Counted from the first letter of the stretch, positions 12,333 to 24,714 are shown. The stretch: 64,000 bases of DNA from Cirrosporium novae-zelandiae (GCA_026023565.1 JAPETS010000007.1:620001-684000); one strand, 5' to 3'. Numbers and translations: made by a program. Notes: generated by a model from the letters alone, not told the origin.

Positions 12333-14805
12333 ATGCTTGTGAATCAGTTAACCAGGTCTCCGGCTTATACCCTTAGGCTCATTAAGCCCCTAAACTCGAG
12401 AGCCTCAGTAACATGGCGATCATTAATATCCAAACAACAGAGCGCCCCCCGCTTGTTAATGACCCATGCATCTCTCAAAAAGGAAAATACACCACATAGT
12501 CTCTCTAATAAGCAAGGTGTTTCGAAAACGAACACCGAGGAAATCGAGAAACTAACGTCAGTCGCTAAGACGATACAGCCTGTCAAAGATGTTTCCCAAG
12601 CGAAACTTGACGTGCTTCTCGGAGAGAAGGTGGTCTCTGATAAAAAACAGAGAAAGGCAGACTGGGCAATAATGAAAGAGATGGCAAGATACTTGTGGCC
12701 AAAGGTCTTCTTGTACTGGTTAACGAGTTATGATAGATTGAAAGCTGAAACGAAATACAGAATGACTGGCCAACCAAGCTGAGAGTTGGTACTGCACTAG
12801 GATTTCTGGTCGGGGCAAAGGTCAATTATTCTAGACCCGATTTCTGATATACAGGAAGCTTATGATATTAGATTCTAAACGTTAATGTGCCATTCTACTT
12901 CAAAAATATCGTGGATTCAATGAATATCGATTTCATGGCAGTTGGTGGCACTGCGTGGACAGTAGCTGGAGCTATGATTATCGCATGTATGGCAGCAGTC
13001 TTTGCTTCATGATACCTTCTGATTTCTATCTTAGATGGTACCACAAGAATAGGAGCAACAGTCTTCCAGGAACTAAGAAACGCTGTATTCGCCAAGGTTG
13101 CACAACAGGCTATACGGAAGGTGGCACGAAATGTCTTCGACCATTTACTAAGACTCGATCTCGCGTTCCACCTCTCTCGACAAACGGGTGGTTTGACAAG
13201 AGCACTTGACCGAGGCACGAAGGGCATTAGTTATTTATTGACCTCTATGGTCTTCCATATCTTGCCCACAGCTCTTGAAATAAGTATGGTCTGTGGTATT
13301 CTGGTAAGGTAATCATAATAAACTCTTGTGAAGATTGCTCTAATTTAGCAGACTTATCAATATGGCGCAAAATTTGCAGCGGTCACAGGAGCTACAATGA
13401 TAGCATATGCAGCTTTCACTATCACGACAACAGCATGGCGTACCAAGTTCCGAAAACAAGCTAATGCAGCTGACAATGCAGGCGCAACGGTTGCGGTCGA
13501 CTCACTCATTAATTATGAGGCGGTGAAGTATTTCAACAATGAAAAGTATGAAGTTGGCAAATATGATGCAGCTCTGCAGCGGTATGAACATGCTTCAGTT
13601 AAAGTCACTACATCTTTGGCTTTTTTGAACTCTGGTCAAAATGTGATATTCTCGACGGCTTTAGCAGCGATGATGTACTATGCGTGTAATGGCGTAGCTG
13701 AAGGAACATTGACTGTAGGTGACTTGGTCATGGTCAATCAGTTGGTCTTCCAGCTTTCAGTCCCGCTTAACTTTCTTGGATCTGTCTATAGGGAACTTCG
13801 GCAGTCATTGTTGGACATGGAGACCCTTTTCAGTCTCCAAAGAGTCAATACAACCGTCAAGGAATCCAAAAACCCCCAGCCACTTGGCCTCAAGAAGGGA
13901 GGTGAAATAATATTCCAAAACGTAACATTTGGCTATCGTCCAGACCGACCAATTCTCCAGAATCTAAATTTGACGATACCCGCTGGGAAGAAAGTTGCAA
14001 TCGTTGGACCAAGTGGTTGTGGAAAATCTACAATCTTGAGGTTGCTTTTCCGATTCTATGACGTTCAAGAAGGACGTATTCTGATCGATGATCAAGATAT
14101 TCGTGATGTTCGTCTGCAAGAGTTGCGGCAAGCAATTGGAGTGGTGCCTCAAGATACGCCTCTCTTCAATGCCTCAATTGGACATAATATAAAATATGGA
14201 AACATGGAGGCGACACCAGAAGAAGTCCGAAGCGCGGCAAAGAAGGCTCGAATCCATGAAATTGTGGAGTCTTGGCCGGATGGCTATGATACGAGGGTGG
14301 GAGAACGAGGAATGATGATTTCTGGGGGTGAGAAACAGCGAATAGCAGTGTCAAGATTGATTTTGAAGGACCCCCCATTATTATTTTTCGACGAAGCTGT
14401 GGGCATCTTAAATTCTTGATAATTGATAGGACACTAATTTCTAGTAGACGTCGGCATTGGACACACATACAGAAGCAGCATTGCTGCAGAATATCAACAA
14501 CATCCTGAAAGAAAAGGCACGGACAAGTGTGTTTGTGGCACATCGACTACGGACAATCTACGATAGCGATAAGATCATTGTGCTGCAAAATGGTCACGTT
14601 GCTGAGAGCGGGACGCACAGCCAGCTATTGGAGGCGGGAGGCTTGTATTCAGAGCTATGGAGTGGTAAGTTTATATGCAATCTAACTCTAATGATGGTGT
14701 GCTAACGGTAATTTAATCATAGCGCAAGAAATGGCCTTTATCGATGAAGATGTAATGGAGCAAGAAGCAGAGGAACAAGAAACAGAGAAAACGAGGAATG
14801 CTTGA
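12333..14805 (+). CDS. ATM1: Mitochondrial iron-sulfur cluster ABC half-transporter, multi-exon
   Basis: [29 protein letters not shown], Walker [10 protein letters not shown], signature ISGGEKQR, Walker B FFDEATSALD. Confidence 0.97.
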
Positions 14806-15586
14806 GTTGTTACTGTGGTAACTTATTAGTGTTCATCATATTCATGGATTTGATGAGATGAAGGATTGTATTAGACTCCTTAGGTAGTTAGTGAAGATGG
14901 ATACTTGAGTTAGAATATATTTTGGCATAAAGCAGTAAGGTGTTAATAAGGAATATGCCTAACTCCCTTTTGGTTGCGGGAGGATGGCCTTGTTAGGAGA
15001 TGGAATGACAGAAACCACGCACACGACGCGAAAAACAGAGGCAGGCAGGGCTTAACTAACGATATTCAACCCCTCAAGGCCTATCTAGCTGGTAAATTTG
15101 AACCAATAATTAAGCCTGAAGGGGCCTGACCACGCTAAGTTATCTAAAATAGAGTTGTTCTTGTCCTTTTTGCAACCCCCCCTCCCCATCCCCAAGTAAC
15201 TTTTAGCCTAAGATAGCCCCTCCCCCCCCAGTAAGTCCCCCGTGGCCCCTGTGCTCCTTCAAGGAATCCCCGAAGCCCCAAAGGTCGGCAGCTACAAAGT
15301 AAAAGCAAAAAAACTCCAAGAAAAACTTACTTTGCCCTAAGCCGTTTCAGATAAACCATCATCCGATACTTCAGTGGTAGGTGGTTGGAGGAAATTCGAA
15401 GCCTTCTGGAGCATCTCTCACACGTCAGATGAGAAAGATGAAGAGAATATGAATGGAAGATGAGATATTTAGTGAGTGTAGAAAAGCATGCAGGGGCTGA
15501 TGTACCGCCCATGATATCCCCGTATCCCCGTCATTTCTTACTGGCGCCCCGATAGCGCCTCGATGGTACCTCCCCCCATTGCCGAA

Positions 15587-15640
15587 CTACCAGTGCCTAC
15601 CAGCGCCTACCAAGTGCCTAACCAAAGGCCCTACCAGTGC
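15587..15640 (+). repeat. Imperfect tandem repeat of CTACCAGTGC (about 5 units)
   Basis: ctaccagtgc ctaccagcgc ctaccaagtgc ctaaccaaaggcc ctaccagtgc, read directly. Confidence 0.7.
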
Positions 15641-16248
15641 CCCTCCCACGCCTCTATCCCAGTAAACTCATAGCACAGGAAGAAGTACCCAAGTAGCGAG
15701 ACAACCGATCCTAATCTTCCGCCCTCCGTTGTCTCCTTCTTTTTCTCCTTCCTGTCTTCACTCGTTCTTTAGACTCACTCATTCCAACCACAGCATTAAT
15801 CTTCGAGCTTGATAGGAAAACTCAAAATAATTTTGCGGCTTACTCAATTGGATCTTACTGCCGGTCGATATATCTAATTCTCCGTCTACTACCCTCGCTC
15901 ACACCCTCAATATCTCAACTATCACCCCAAGGATTTGCTGTTTGATCCCTTCATTATCGAGTCTCCTCTTTGACAGGAGAAACTTCATATTCTAGACAGC
16001 CTTGCAGTTATTGTCAAGAATATAGAAAGAGGCAAGGTAAACTTTTACCGTTATAGTTCGTTACGAATAGAAAAGGAGGCATATAGCTCCGAAACAAAAC
16101 AACCTTTCGAGTTTGAATCATTCGCCTCAGCACACCACCTCTCGATTACCATTACCAACGGTCGTCACAAATACCCTAATCGTGCATATTGACTACTCGG
16201 TATCCATCAATCTTCCCGTTTCTCTAATCCTTCAACTACATCGCAAAT

Positions 16249-16560
16249 ATGGGTCTCCTAGATTTGTTACAGTCCAGTAAGCTAGCTCTACCCATCTCCC
16301 AGTTACATATAATTTCATAAGCTAATCAATACTTTTTTGTTATAGAACTTGAGCTCTATCGCCTCGAGCAACGCTACGCTCGACGTAAGAATCGTCGCAC
16401 TTTCACCACCGGTGCCACATATGTTGATGGAGAATATGTCTATGATTCTGCATCGCCAACATCTGCCAGCACAGGAAGTAGTGGAGTCTCGTCAAGGAAA
16501 AGTGTAGGCCGAGGACTTTCTTGGGGAAGCAAAAGAAGGAGTTTCTGGGGTGGCCGATGA
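16249..16560 (+). CDS. Small basic Ser-rich fungal protein of unknown function, 80 aa (exons 16249-16276, 16346-16560)
   Basis: Not in the ORF track. A GTAAGC...GCTAAT...TAG intron restores the frame: MGLLDLLQSKLELYRLEQRYARRKNRRTFTTGATYVDGEYVYDSASPTS... I recall the ELYRLEQRY...YVDGEY pattern from ascomycete hypothetical proteins. Confidence 0.8.
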
Positions 16561-18507
16561 AAAGGCCGTCTCTACGCCTTTGGAAAGGAGGTAAAATTTT
16601 GTGGAGGGGCTCAACAAACCGCATTTGGTGCGGCGGCGCATGGCGTTACGAAATCTGATTGGAGATTATTTATTATACATCTCGCACCGAAAACACTTCG
16701 ACTCTTCGCCCCCACAGGGACAGAGATAACTCAAATAGACGGACGAAGAAAAAGAAAAAAGACAAAGATTATATCCCTCGTCTGGACACACCTCAGCCAA
16801 ATGACGTGAGAACGAACTCTACATTCTTTTCTTCTTTTCTCTTTTGGAGATAAAGACTACGGACGAGGTGTTGACGGTACGGACGTCGCCTTTTTATTTA
16901 TAACGAACGATTCATTGACAACCTGCATTATTGAAATAAACATTCTTGCATTGATTGCAATTTGATGTCTTGGCTAACTGGGAAATATCATACGAGGACG
17001 GCGAAGTGAGAGGACTTTGGTTGGTAGCATGGCGTTGTTCTATTGTCCCAGGGCCCATGTTGGTTTTTGTATTGGAGACGTGTGTTTGATAGCTCTTATG
17101 TACGTTTCTTCTCCATTAGCCGAAATGTTCATTCATTTTAAAGACAGAATTTTCTTTTCCTTTCGTATTTGATGCCCAAGCGAAGGTGTGGTGGTGGTGG
17201 AAGCGTACACATACTGTGATTGATCAATTGACTTTGATGACTGGTGGTTGGGGGAAGAGGCAGGGGAGGAGGCTTCTGAGGTTGATGATTCTCATGCTGT
17301 TGCTATTACATCCACATTCACTCATTGACTCATTCATATCATAGTAAGTAGTAACAGCGTTATAACAAAGGAAAAAAATATAAATGCAATGTCATTCCTT
17401 AAACAGGCCAAGTGTTTTTCGTCAAATGTATTTTTTCTATGTTTGGGCAAATATTGTACAGATGGGGGGAGATATCTATATATTTGATATTATGGATTAG
17501 TAAAGTATGATTCTATTCTGTGGCTGAGTGTGGAAGATGGCGCCTTTTTCGTTTTGAAGAACGGATATTCTGGGGAAGTTTAATTAGCAGTTGATGTTCT
17601 CTCTCTCGGGTCTTTCTTGGCTGACGTGTATGTGTGAAGTTTGATGTTTTGTTTTGTTTAGGAATACTGTAGAAGATTATACTTGTGCTACACTGCTATC
17701 TATTCCGTTTCTCTTCCGAGTCTTGTTTTCTTGTTATTCTTGTGATTTTAATGATGATGACGTATAGAAGCTCTAGATTTTTTGATTGTTTTCTATCCGA
17801 ACTCCGACCAGTAGTCGGACGATCCCTACAATAATTCCTGTTAAGGGAAATGGTTTATCTATTTTTTATACGGCATTTAACCTTATGGATCAATGCGTTC
17901 ACGTCAAGGACCAGCTCCCCAGATTAACCACCGCATTTGCAATGTTGGGGAGATCAACAATCTCCCACGGACAGAATATGATGGCATTGATGATCCTGAT
18001 TCTTCCGAGGGTTTCTCTGCTTCAACTGATTTGGTCTCTCCTCTGTCCTTTTACAAGTTTAAACGGATCCCAGCGTCTTCCGAACGCTCCCCAAACTGAA
18101 ATGATATGAAACAATTCTAGGATCCGGAGTTGAACATTGTCTCCTTTTTGATAACGCCCACTATTAACAATCTTAACATTCGGGTTCACGGGTCGTCATG
18201 CCATGGACCAAAAATAATATAAATATAGACACGAGACCTCGGGAAGGTCTTGTGAATATCAATCAATTCTACCCTTGAGTTTGCCTATTAACTTTTAGTA
18301 TACTGAAATAAATACTTCGGCTTAAACAGCTCTTCCCTCTTCAATAATAATTCCCGCAGCTTTACAGGTTCGTGATCCGATATCCCCATTTCTTTTCATT
18401 CTCTCTTCCCCAAACCGACTCTATATCCAAGTTGACATGTCGCTGACGGTCATTATCCGCAGCTTCCACCATTCTATCACCTTTTTTTACATCGAACCAT
18501 TCGAACC

Positions 18508-18807
18508 ATGCCTCTCTTCCTCCTTACACTCTCTTACACCGCCTCCATTTATTCCATAGCCGTCCACTACCCTTCCCACCTCGCCTGGCGAAACAAACAA
18601 TACGCAGTCGGCGTTTGCGTTTTTTGCGCCGAGAAGGTCTCCATGATGGGAGACGTCTGCATGGCGATCGCGGACTCGAAAGAAACGATGCGCAAGATCA
18701 CGGAGACGGACCCTTTTTATAAAGAGAGGGTGGTTAGGTATGAGATCGAAGAGCTGGGTCTGACGAAATTGAATACGAAGGCGATTGAACGGTTTGCAAT
18801 CGAGTAG
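18508..18807 (+). CDS. YciI-like (dimeric alpha-beta barrel) protein, intronless, 99 aa
   Basis: Pattern MxLFLLTLSY...HLAW...Y..G...KV...G.V.MA.A.S......I..TDPFY...V..YEI.E resembles bacterial YciI proteins; the family His and DPF are retained. Confidence 0.72.
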   Translation: MPLFLLTLSYTASIYSIAVHYPSHLAWRNKQYAVGVCVFCAEKVSMMGDVCMAIADSKETMRKITETDPFYKERVVRYEIEELGLTKLNTKAIERFAIE

Positions 18808-19267
18808 CAGATGATTATTATGAAATGAGTTATTGGATTTGGTTATGGGTGATATAGAATTACAGTTATACGATACATACTGGGGCTAGTGGGTTTATGG
18901 AGTAAATAGGTTTATGTGGGGTGTGGGACGGGGAGGGCAAAGAGGGAAATGGGGTAATAGGCAGTTCGAAAAAAAATCTTGCTTCAACGTCGAGATAATT
19001 TTCAAAGCTCTTTATGGCTTATTTCTTATATCTATTACAAATCTATGATAATGAAAGGTGGTTCAAAGCCCTTAGACGACATTTCCATTTTCCTTATTCT
19101 TGGGGAACCCGGTGCTTCATACTATGTCCTTACAGGTTGATTCGGATTTTTAGTGTAGTCTCCTAACTGTTTAAAGACATAATAGATATACTCCTATCCC
19201 CCCTTCATCTTCATTAACATCCCCCCCCCCTAAAAAAACACCCCCTTACCCCTCCCCTCCAACCCCC

Positions 19268-20160
19268 CTAACAATTCCCCAACAAAGGACACCCCCCAAC
19301 CCACCTCCTCCCCTCCACCTCCCCCAAAACCCACCTCGCCAAACTCCCCCTCGAAAGCCCTAACCCCCCCTTCCACCCATCCTCCCCACCCCCCTCCAAA
19401 ACCTCCAACTCCGCACTCCCATTCGTCAAATGTGGGATTCGAAAAACCGTATACTCAAAAGATGCTCCTGCGGCCCCGGTGGCGGCGACGACGGCATTGG
19501 CAATGGCGACCATTTCTGCATTTCCTTGGGGGGCGATGAGGGGGGGGAGGAGGAGGTAGAGACGTTTGGGGAGGGTTAGGTTGGTGGTGGTGGGGTTTTT
19601 TTCTTCTTCGTGGAGAGGGGGGCGGTAGGATGGAGTTGAGAGGACAAGGATGCGGGTTATTGAGGCTTTTTTCATGGCTTGGAAGATGTGGGGGAAGGAG
19701 GAGGCGATGGGCTGGGTTGGAGTTAGCTTTCTTCTTCCTCTTTTTTTTTGGGGGGGGGGGGGGGTATGTTGCCCCCCCTACTCCGTCTTCCCTTTATATA
19801 TATGTGACACCACGGTGACATAAAATAAATATCTAGATGAAAAAAAAACCAACTAACCGTATCCTTCCTCCTCGAAAAGATTGGCCCAAAGCTGAAATAA
19901 GCCCCCAAAAAACTAACGACTGTGTCCACCCCGCTACTCATGGCCAGGTCCAGCACCCCATCGTCCGTCAGCTCGCCCTGCACCACCCGCACGCGCGGGT
20001 TGGTGGATTCGATGATGGATTTGGGAAGCTTGGAGGGCGTGCGCACGTATAGCGTTAGTTTCGGTGGGTTTGGGTTTGTGGAGGAGAGGGCTTCGTGGAT
20101 GAAGGCGTGGCCGGTGGCGCCTGTGGCGCCGAGGACGAGGATGTGGTGTGAGTGAGTCAT
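19268..20160 (-). CDS. NAD(P)H-binding oxidoreductase, atypical SDR / flavin reductase-like (exons 20160-19858, 19711-19268)
   Basis: ILVLGATGATG Rossmann motif, LYVRTPSKL, RILVLSTPS, YTVFRIPHL, LSRGSLARWVL; the GTTAGT...GCTAAC...CAG intron keeps the frame. Confidence 0.88.
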
Positions 20161-20891
20161 GGTTTGGGCCTTTTGCTTATTGGGGGTTGTTGTAGAGGGG
20201 TATGAGATGGGAATGTGTAGTGATGGCGGCGGGTTCATCTCTTTTAATAGTGAGGTGGGAGGTATGGGCTTTAAGTTTTTGTTAGGTCGGGATTAATATT
20301 GGGATTACAAATGCAGGTAGTTTACTTGTTTATTTTTATTTTTTTTCATATTCGTGTGATTTCTAGTTAGGGGATTAGCATAGATGGATTGCAAATATTC
20401 AGAGCGGAATTCCCTAAGGGTTGAGATAAGTAGCGGAATCCCGCTCATTGGATCTTTTGAGGGGGTGGAGAGTGAAAATGCAACCAAGTTAGACTCTTTT
20501 GGTATATTTTGGCTTTCTTGGTTAATGGTTTGGAGAGTCTTCGATATAATTTTCATGCGTGGTATTTGTCGGTGGAATGTTAACGAAGTTCTTAAGTGAT
20601 TTGCTGATTATTTGGTATTGACATGCTGCATTGAGCAATAATGAAATTAGGCGCTGTTACCTACAGTCCCAGTTTTTTTTTTTCTTTTCGGGTGCAGTAA
20701 AAAATATTCGGGAAGACTTGGTTCGATAGAGGATCCATCACTAGAACTCCAGCATACTCCAATACTCAAAGTTGCAAAATCTCAAGGACAACCGCGCTGA
20801 TGCATATGACAAATGAGACACGTAAATAGCTCCTTGCTTCATGACATTCGCTCCCCTCGTGACAATTTCCGGTCCTCCGGAAGAACCTAGA

Positions 20892-21647
20892 TTAATTTAT
20901 TGGCGCATCGCACAATGGCACGTATTGGACGCCAATATCCTTCTTCTTGACCACTTCACCCTTCTCATTTTTGTCTACAATGTAAATATGCTGCCACCCA
21001 CCGTCGGCCCCGACAGGTATGAACATTCTCCCTGGAGCTTTCAACTGATCCACTAGGGCCTTGTGAAGCTCTTTGGCTGCTGCACCCACGTGAATGGCAT
21101 CATAGGGTCCATCTTCCTGGTATCCCAATCTCCCATCTCCTTTGACAAATCTAACTCTTCCGCTCTCGAGTAGTCGTCTTCCCGATTCGCTTTTAGCCAT
21201 GTTCTTGTTGGCAAGGTCCACGAGACCCTGGATGTGATCAATCCCAATTATGGTGGATCCTTCACCCGCTAGCTCTGCGAGGACATGGGATAAGTAGCCG
21301 GAGCCGGATCCAATGTCGAGGATCTTTGAACTTGAGCCAACGTATGGGAGAAGTGACTCGCAAGCAGTAGCATGCATATGAGGCGCAGATATTGTTGCTT
21401 GGTAGCCTATGGATTGTGGGGAGTCTGAGTAGGGAGCATATGGAGCGTAGTTGCCACGATCAACCTGCCCGACGGTTAGACAAGGGAACCTGGTAGGGTA
21501 CACACTAGGGACTTCTAGCGGATGGAGGGGAAATAGAGGACATACGCTTAGCATTGCCTGCTTAACACGATTGGTTGTTATAATATCATTGGTAAAGAGA
21601 TTATTGATTAGACCCTCATTAGAGGAACCAGAACTCCGCCAAGCCAT
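20892..21647 (-). CDS. PCM1: Protein-L-isoaspartate O-methyltransferase (intron 21545-21465)
   Basis: MAWRSSG, QATISAPHMHA, LDIGSGSGY, GDGRLG, PYDAIHVGAAA, YVPL. Confidence 0.95.
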   Translation of the reverse strand: MAWRSSGSSNEGLINNLFTNDIITTNRVKQAMLSVCPLFPLHPLEVPSVYPTRFPCLTVGQVDRGNYAPYAPYSDSPQSIGYQATISAPHMHATACESLLPYVGSSSKILDIGSGSGYLSHVLAELAGEGSTIIGIDHIQGLVDLANKNMAKSESGRRLLESGRVRFVKGDGRLGYQEDGPYDAIHVGAAAKELHKALVDQLKAPGRMFIPVGADGGWQHIYIVDKNEKGEVVKKKDIGVQYVPLCDAPIN

Positions 21648-22118
21648 ATTGGAGGCTGGTCTCGTGGCTCGGATACTGGAGGGTTATGCTAGGTGACTAA
21701 GAATGTTTTGAAGACCCAGGGTGAATAAGATGGTTAGGAAAGTAAAGACAAGAAAAATACGTTTGCGATCAATGGCTGAGAGATTAATTGTGAAATGGTT
21801 AATTAGTGGGGAAATTGATTAGCCGCAAGGTGGGGGAATATTGAATGTTAGAGGAACAACTCTATATAAAGGGTATGTAGTTCTGATGTAAGGTGATGTT
21901 AATCGGACAAAAAGAACGATATTTTCCGTTCGTTTGCTGGGGTTAGTGAATCTGGGGTAAGAAGCTGTGGAATCCGGCATAAGCATAACACATAACGCAC
22001 TAATGTATAACATATAACGTATAAAGTATAACTCAGAACGCATAATGCATAACCGCTAAAGCAGCCAATGGTTTATTCTATACTTTGTACCTCATGTCTA
22101 ATACTTGAATCTGCTGAA

Positions 22119-23461
22119 TTAAATGTACTTTTTTTCTGGGTCCAACACATCAAGCCCTTCCATCGTTTTCTCATACCTATCAAGTCTTAATTATCATCCA
22201 ACAAAACAGGCAAGACAACTTACATTGTAAATACAATCCCGCCGCTCATGATTAGTCGTGCTAATCGTGGCAAAGCTCCAGACCAGAAGGTTAAAAAGCC
22301 TTCATGCTTGAATATTTGTGCCGCACAATCGAAACTGTGTTTGTAGTTCTTGCGAGCTTCAATGGATTGCATTCTTCTTATATTAGTATCAGGCGGTACC
22401 TTAAGCATACGTCCTAAGGAGGCTTACCGAGTCTTGACTGTATCCAAAGGCTGTGTCACGTATCTATCGTGTCCGTTAGCGTCTAATTAACCACCAAAGT
22501 TATAATAAAACATACACGGTAACCAGCCCAGCTACTCCCCCAATCCCAAACGTGGAAAGTGCTCCCAACTTCTCTCCGGGAGCCACATAGCCTTGGGCAA
22601 ATTGCTTCAATGTTGTATATGTTCCAAATCTCGTTGCAGAGTTCGCTGCTTGCCGGGCAGTTGTAGGTACAAAGCCCTGAAAAAAACCCCGGATACCTCT
22701 TTCTTGTGCTATAATTTTCGTTCCATGTAGAAAACCGCGCATTCGAGGTTTTGCAGACTTGCGATCATCGATCCTATAAAAGTGCCAAATTGTCAGAGTC
22801 CAAGGTTGAACCAACCATTATACGAGCAAGGGTACAGACAAAGTGGTCTTGATACTTTCGAATGGGGTCACAGCTAGCAATGATTCAGTAATCCCAGCTC
22901 CAAACCCAGCAAGTACGGTTCGTGGTCCAGATATCTTCCCGTTCTCATCTTGCAATAAAGCCTTATACGAGTCAAATGCAACAAACCCTGTCCATAATTC
23001 AATTAATATTTTGCTCCCCACATCATTTTGTCACCTCACCTACGTATGCCAGCTTTGAGCGAGTTGCCTATAATTAAGGTGGTGCATCCAGCATACCATT
23101 GCTTGCCAAATGGAGGCCACGGCAACTTCTGTCCAGCGGCTAACCGGCGATTGAGTTGTGTTCTGGTTTTGGCGACTGTGGCAACAGTAAGGAGTTAGAC
23201 AAGCCATGGAAGGTGTGGTGGGTGTGCCGACATACATTCGGCGGGATAAGTAATTGCTGTTTATACCAAGGGTTAGCATCAATTATAAATCGTCAAAAGA
23301 ATACCACAGACCAATTTCTACTGCCCCGGCAGTTGAGCCAGCTATGATGGAGCGCAAAACGCTGGGCTGGCAAGATCATTTCAGTTTCCTGACTTCGGAG
23401 GCTAAAATAGTAAAATGATTTATCGCACCTTTTCCTTCTGCTTGGCTTCCGTAGACGCCAT
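22119..23461 (-). CDS. CTP1: Mitochondrial citrate/tricarboxylate carrier, many short exons
   Basis: Three PX[DE]XXK carrier motifs (YPAEFAK, TPFESIKT, QPLDTVKTR); RQAANSATRF; GALPRLARL. Confidence 0.92.
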
Positions 23462-24714
23462 TCTAACCATGCAGGTCCATGTAAGACTGACCAAGTTGGA
23501 CTTTGAAATTGATGAGGTTGGGCTAGTGTTACAAGAAAGCGGATTACACAAGAATTTCCTGCGAGGGCAAACCACATCACAAGCCAAGCGAAATCTTTAT
23601 TTACTCAGTTGTATATTGTGATCAAGTTCCAACTATGTTCAAACCCTCGACATAGCGGTTGACTATTGAATCTATCGGTGTTTTCTAAGTTGAACTAATC
23701 ACCTCGCAATCCTCTACGATTAGGTTTCATGGTAATTAATTACAAAAATCAAGAAAGATTTAATTCTGTTATCTAGACATAGCTACTTGAGGCAAAACCC
23801 TAATGCCAAAATTGAAGCGACGTCCTTATGCTCTTTCAAGATCCTTGGTCTTTTTTTTCGTTTTCATCATTGGTCTTTTCTTTTTTAGTTCTGGCTCGCT
23901 GGCAAACCCATTTGATTGCCCAAGAAAATTCAAGGTAAGGCGAACCATTAGCGAGGCACTCTTCGAGTTTAAAAGTAGCATTGCGGTCAATGTCCAAGGC
24001 GAGCTAGTTTGCCACCGATTTTGACACAGCTGGATAAGACCACAAATTCAGGTTAAGAGGGATGAGGAGCAGACGGTGGAGGAAGGACCGTCAGTGATTG
24101 GAACAAGGGGGAGGTGAGTGAAGACGTCTATCACCTGTATCCTGTTCTTGAGTTATATGATTCGGAAGTTAAAGGTGCCTTTTTGTTGCGTGCATTGAAG
24201 GTCATAGCACATAAATGGAAAGTCGAGGTTGAAGCAACGTCACCAGCCATCGTGAGACATTACAAGTCGGATAGGGAAAAGGGCGGCCTGTTGAACAAGA
24301 TATAATTTTGGGTTGCGGAAGAGAGGTGGCCATTGGAAGAGGACTGTAATCCTTCTAGAGCGATGTATAGGATCGATAAGGTATCGAAACTCAAGGATCA
24401 CTCTGTGAACGGAACAGCCAAGGAAGGAGCCGTAGAAAATGCCCAAAGAAAGAGAATAAATCATATGGTACAAATCGATGCTGGTGGGGGATCGTCGCAA
24501 GCCGAAAATAAATATGCGCCGCTCAACACCGTGGTCTCATTCACGTCCCGATGCCATCGCATCATAAGCCGATAGTGGTTCCGTGCAGTATTCCCGTGTC
24601 AAACTCCGATTCAGCACGTGCAAATCGATAACGCCAAAGAAACAAATACTCCTGAAACGCCATCTAATACCCAACTAAACACCAGGCTAGCCACCTTGAA
24701 TAAGAATTGAGAAT

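Noticed and set aside
17786..18109. Overlapping short ORFs of 107 and 68 aa
   Set aside because: No recognisable motifs and no convincing splice structure.
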